Assembly (NCBI GenBank): GCA_963737405.1
Contig: CAVTSL010000005.1
Location: 226,145-290,144 of the forward strand
Length of the DNA: 64,000 nucleotides
Reading direction: 5' to 3'
Origin: an uncultured Actinomycetes bacterium
GTDB taxonomy: Bacteria > Actinomycetota > Thermoleophilia > Gaiellales > Gaiellaceae
Shown: positions 63,139 to 64,000 of the stretch, piece after piece
Layout of the letters: each line of letters begins with the position of its first letter
Numbering within the stretch: position 1 is the first letter of the stretch
Program-made: the position numbers and the translations under genes
Notes under the pieces: model-generated
The model's database searches: none
What the model saw: the letters and a program-made list of their open reading frames with translations, nothing else
What the model was told of the DNA's origin: nothing

Positions 63139-64000
63139 GTGAAGCGAATCATCGCCCTCGCCGGACTCGTCGTCCTGGTCGCAGGGCTCTCGACAGGTGC
63201 CGGGGCCCGGTCGCGCGCACCGGCGGGACAGGAGGTCGTCGGCTACTTCACGTCGTGGGGGATCTACGGCCGCGGCTACCGCGTGAAAGACGTGGCGACG
63301 AGCGGCTCGGCGTCGAAGCTGTCGCTCATCAACTACGCCTTCGCGAACGTCGCGCCGAACGGCTCCGGTGACGTCGTCTGCCAGCTCGGGGACGAGTGGG
63401 CCGACTACCAGGTGCCGTGGACGGCCGAGCAGTCCGTCACGGGCTCCGAGGTGACGTGGCCGCGGCCGATCCTCGGCAACTTCCAGCAGCTCCAGGCGCT
63501 GAAAGCGCAGTACCCGAACGTCCGGGTGCTGATCTCGCTCGGCGGTTGGACGTGGTCGCGGTACTTCTCCGACGCCGCGCTGACCGCGGCCTCGCGCGAG
63601 AAGCTCGTCAGCTCGTGCGTCGACCTCTTCATCAAGGGGAACCTCCCCGACCCGGGCTGGGGCGGCATGGGCGGCCCCGGCGCGGCGGCGGGGGTCTTCG
63701 ACGGCATCGACCTCGACTGGGAGTGGCCCGGCTCGGACGGGAACGTCGGCAACGTCGTCAGGCCGGAGGACAAGCAGAACTTCACCGCACTCGTCCAGGA
63801 GTTCCGGAGGCAGCTCGACGCCTACGGTCGGACGACCGGGCGCAGCTACCTGCTGACCGCGTTCCTGCCCGCGGCGCCGGCGAAGATCGACGCCGGATTC
63901 CAGGTGTCGAGCGTGTTCGGCTCGCTCGACCTGGCGACGGTCCAGGGCTACGACCTCCACGGCGCGTGGGAGCCGACCACGAACCACCAGGCGAACGTCT
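63139..64000 (+). CDS. glycoside hydrolase family 18 chitinase, N-terminal part (3' end outside window)
   Basis: Not in the ORF track because there is no stop in the window. GTG at 63139 follows GAGAGGGGGAG. Signal peptide VKRIIALAGLVVLVAGLSTGAGA. Also GYFTSWGIYGR, SLGGWTWS and the catalytic motif FDGIDLDWEWP. Confidence 0.85.
   Translation, partial: MKRIIALAGLVVLVAGLSTGAGARSRAPAGQEVVGYFTSWGIYGRGYRVKDVATSGSASKLSLINYAFANVAPNGSGDVVCQLGDEWADYQVPWTAEQSVTGSEVTWPRPILGNFQQLQALKAQYPNVRVLISLGGWTWSRYFSDAALTAASREKLVSSCVDLFIKGNLPDPGWGGMGGPGAAAGVFDGIDLDWEWPGSDGNVGNVVRPEDKQNFTALVQEFRRQLDAYGRTTGRSYLLTAFLPAAPAKIDAGFQVSSVFGSLDLATVQGYDLHGAWEPTTNHQANV

Overview
Very GC-rich, gene-dense chromosomal window with Actinomycetota-like gene order and content (inference only). 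I call about 65 genes and see no rRNA, CRISPR array, IS element or prophage. Most long ORFs in the six-frame track are off-frame or antisense shadows of real genes, and many real genes start well inside the listed ORF.

Gene blocks in order:
1. tldD/pmbA 3' end, secG, a receiver-only response regulator and a GT4 glycosyltransferase.
2. A three-gene ABC-2 transporter.
3. An acyl-CoA mutase large subunit with no B12-binding partner nearby, a fused MoaD-MoaE, an M50 protease, a LOG-family protein and a VanW protein.
4. Selenocysteine machinery: selA, an embedded O-methyltransferase, and selB. tRNA-Sec (selC) lies 7.4 kb further on.
5. A minus-strand block of GMC oxidoreductase, hyuA, hyuB, a MOSC protein and a nitrilase.
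6. An AlkA-like glycosylase, an ECF-type sigma factor, a response regulator and a HisC-like aminotransferase.
7. A contiguous alpha-glucan/trehalose block: glgE-treS-mak-glgB, then treZ-glgX-treY, with malQ alongside.
8. rpsF-ssb-rpsR-rplI-dnaB.
9. Purine genes purA, purD, purE, purB, purC, purS and purQ.
10. dinB.
11. A polyamine/GABA-type locus: FAD oxidoreductase, flavin amine oxidase, PucR regulator, gabT and a potABCD-like transporter.
12. The 5' part of a GH18 chitinase.

Most notable observations:
- A SAM O-methyltransferase is translationally embedded between selA and selB.
- Nine single-base +1 insertions, all in short homopolymers and six of them in a GGGC context, are confined to four minus-strand accessory genes: hyuA, the GMC oxidoreductase, the sigma factor and the amine oxidase. 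An ABC-2 permease has also lost its stop codon.
- The 164-nt region between two convergent genes is highly structured.
- Three dre-like operator repeats lie upstream of the chitinase.

All functional calls come from reading the translated sequences by eye. No database search was run.
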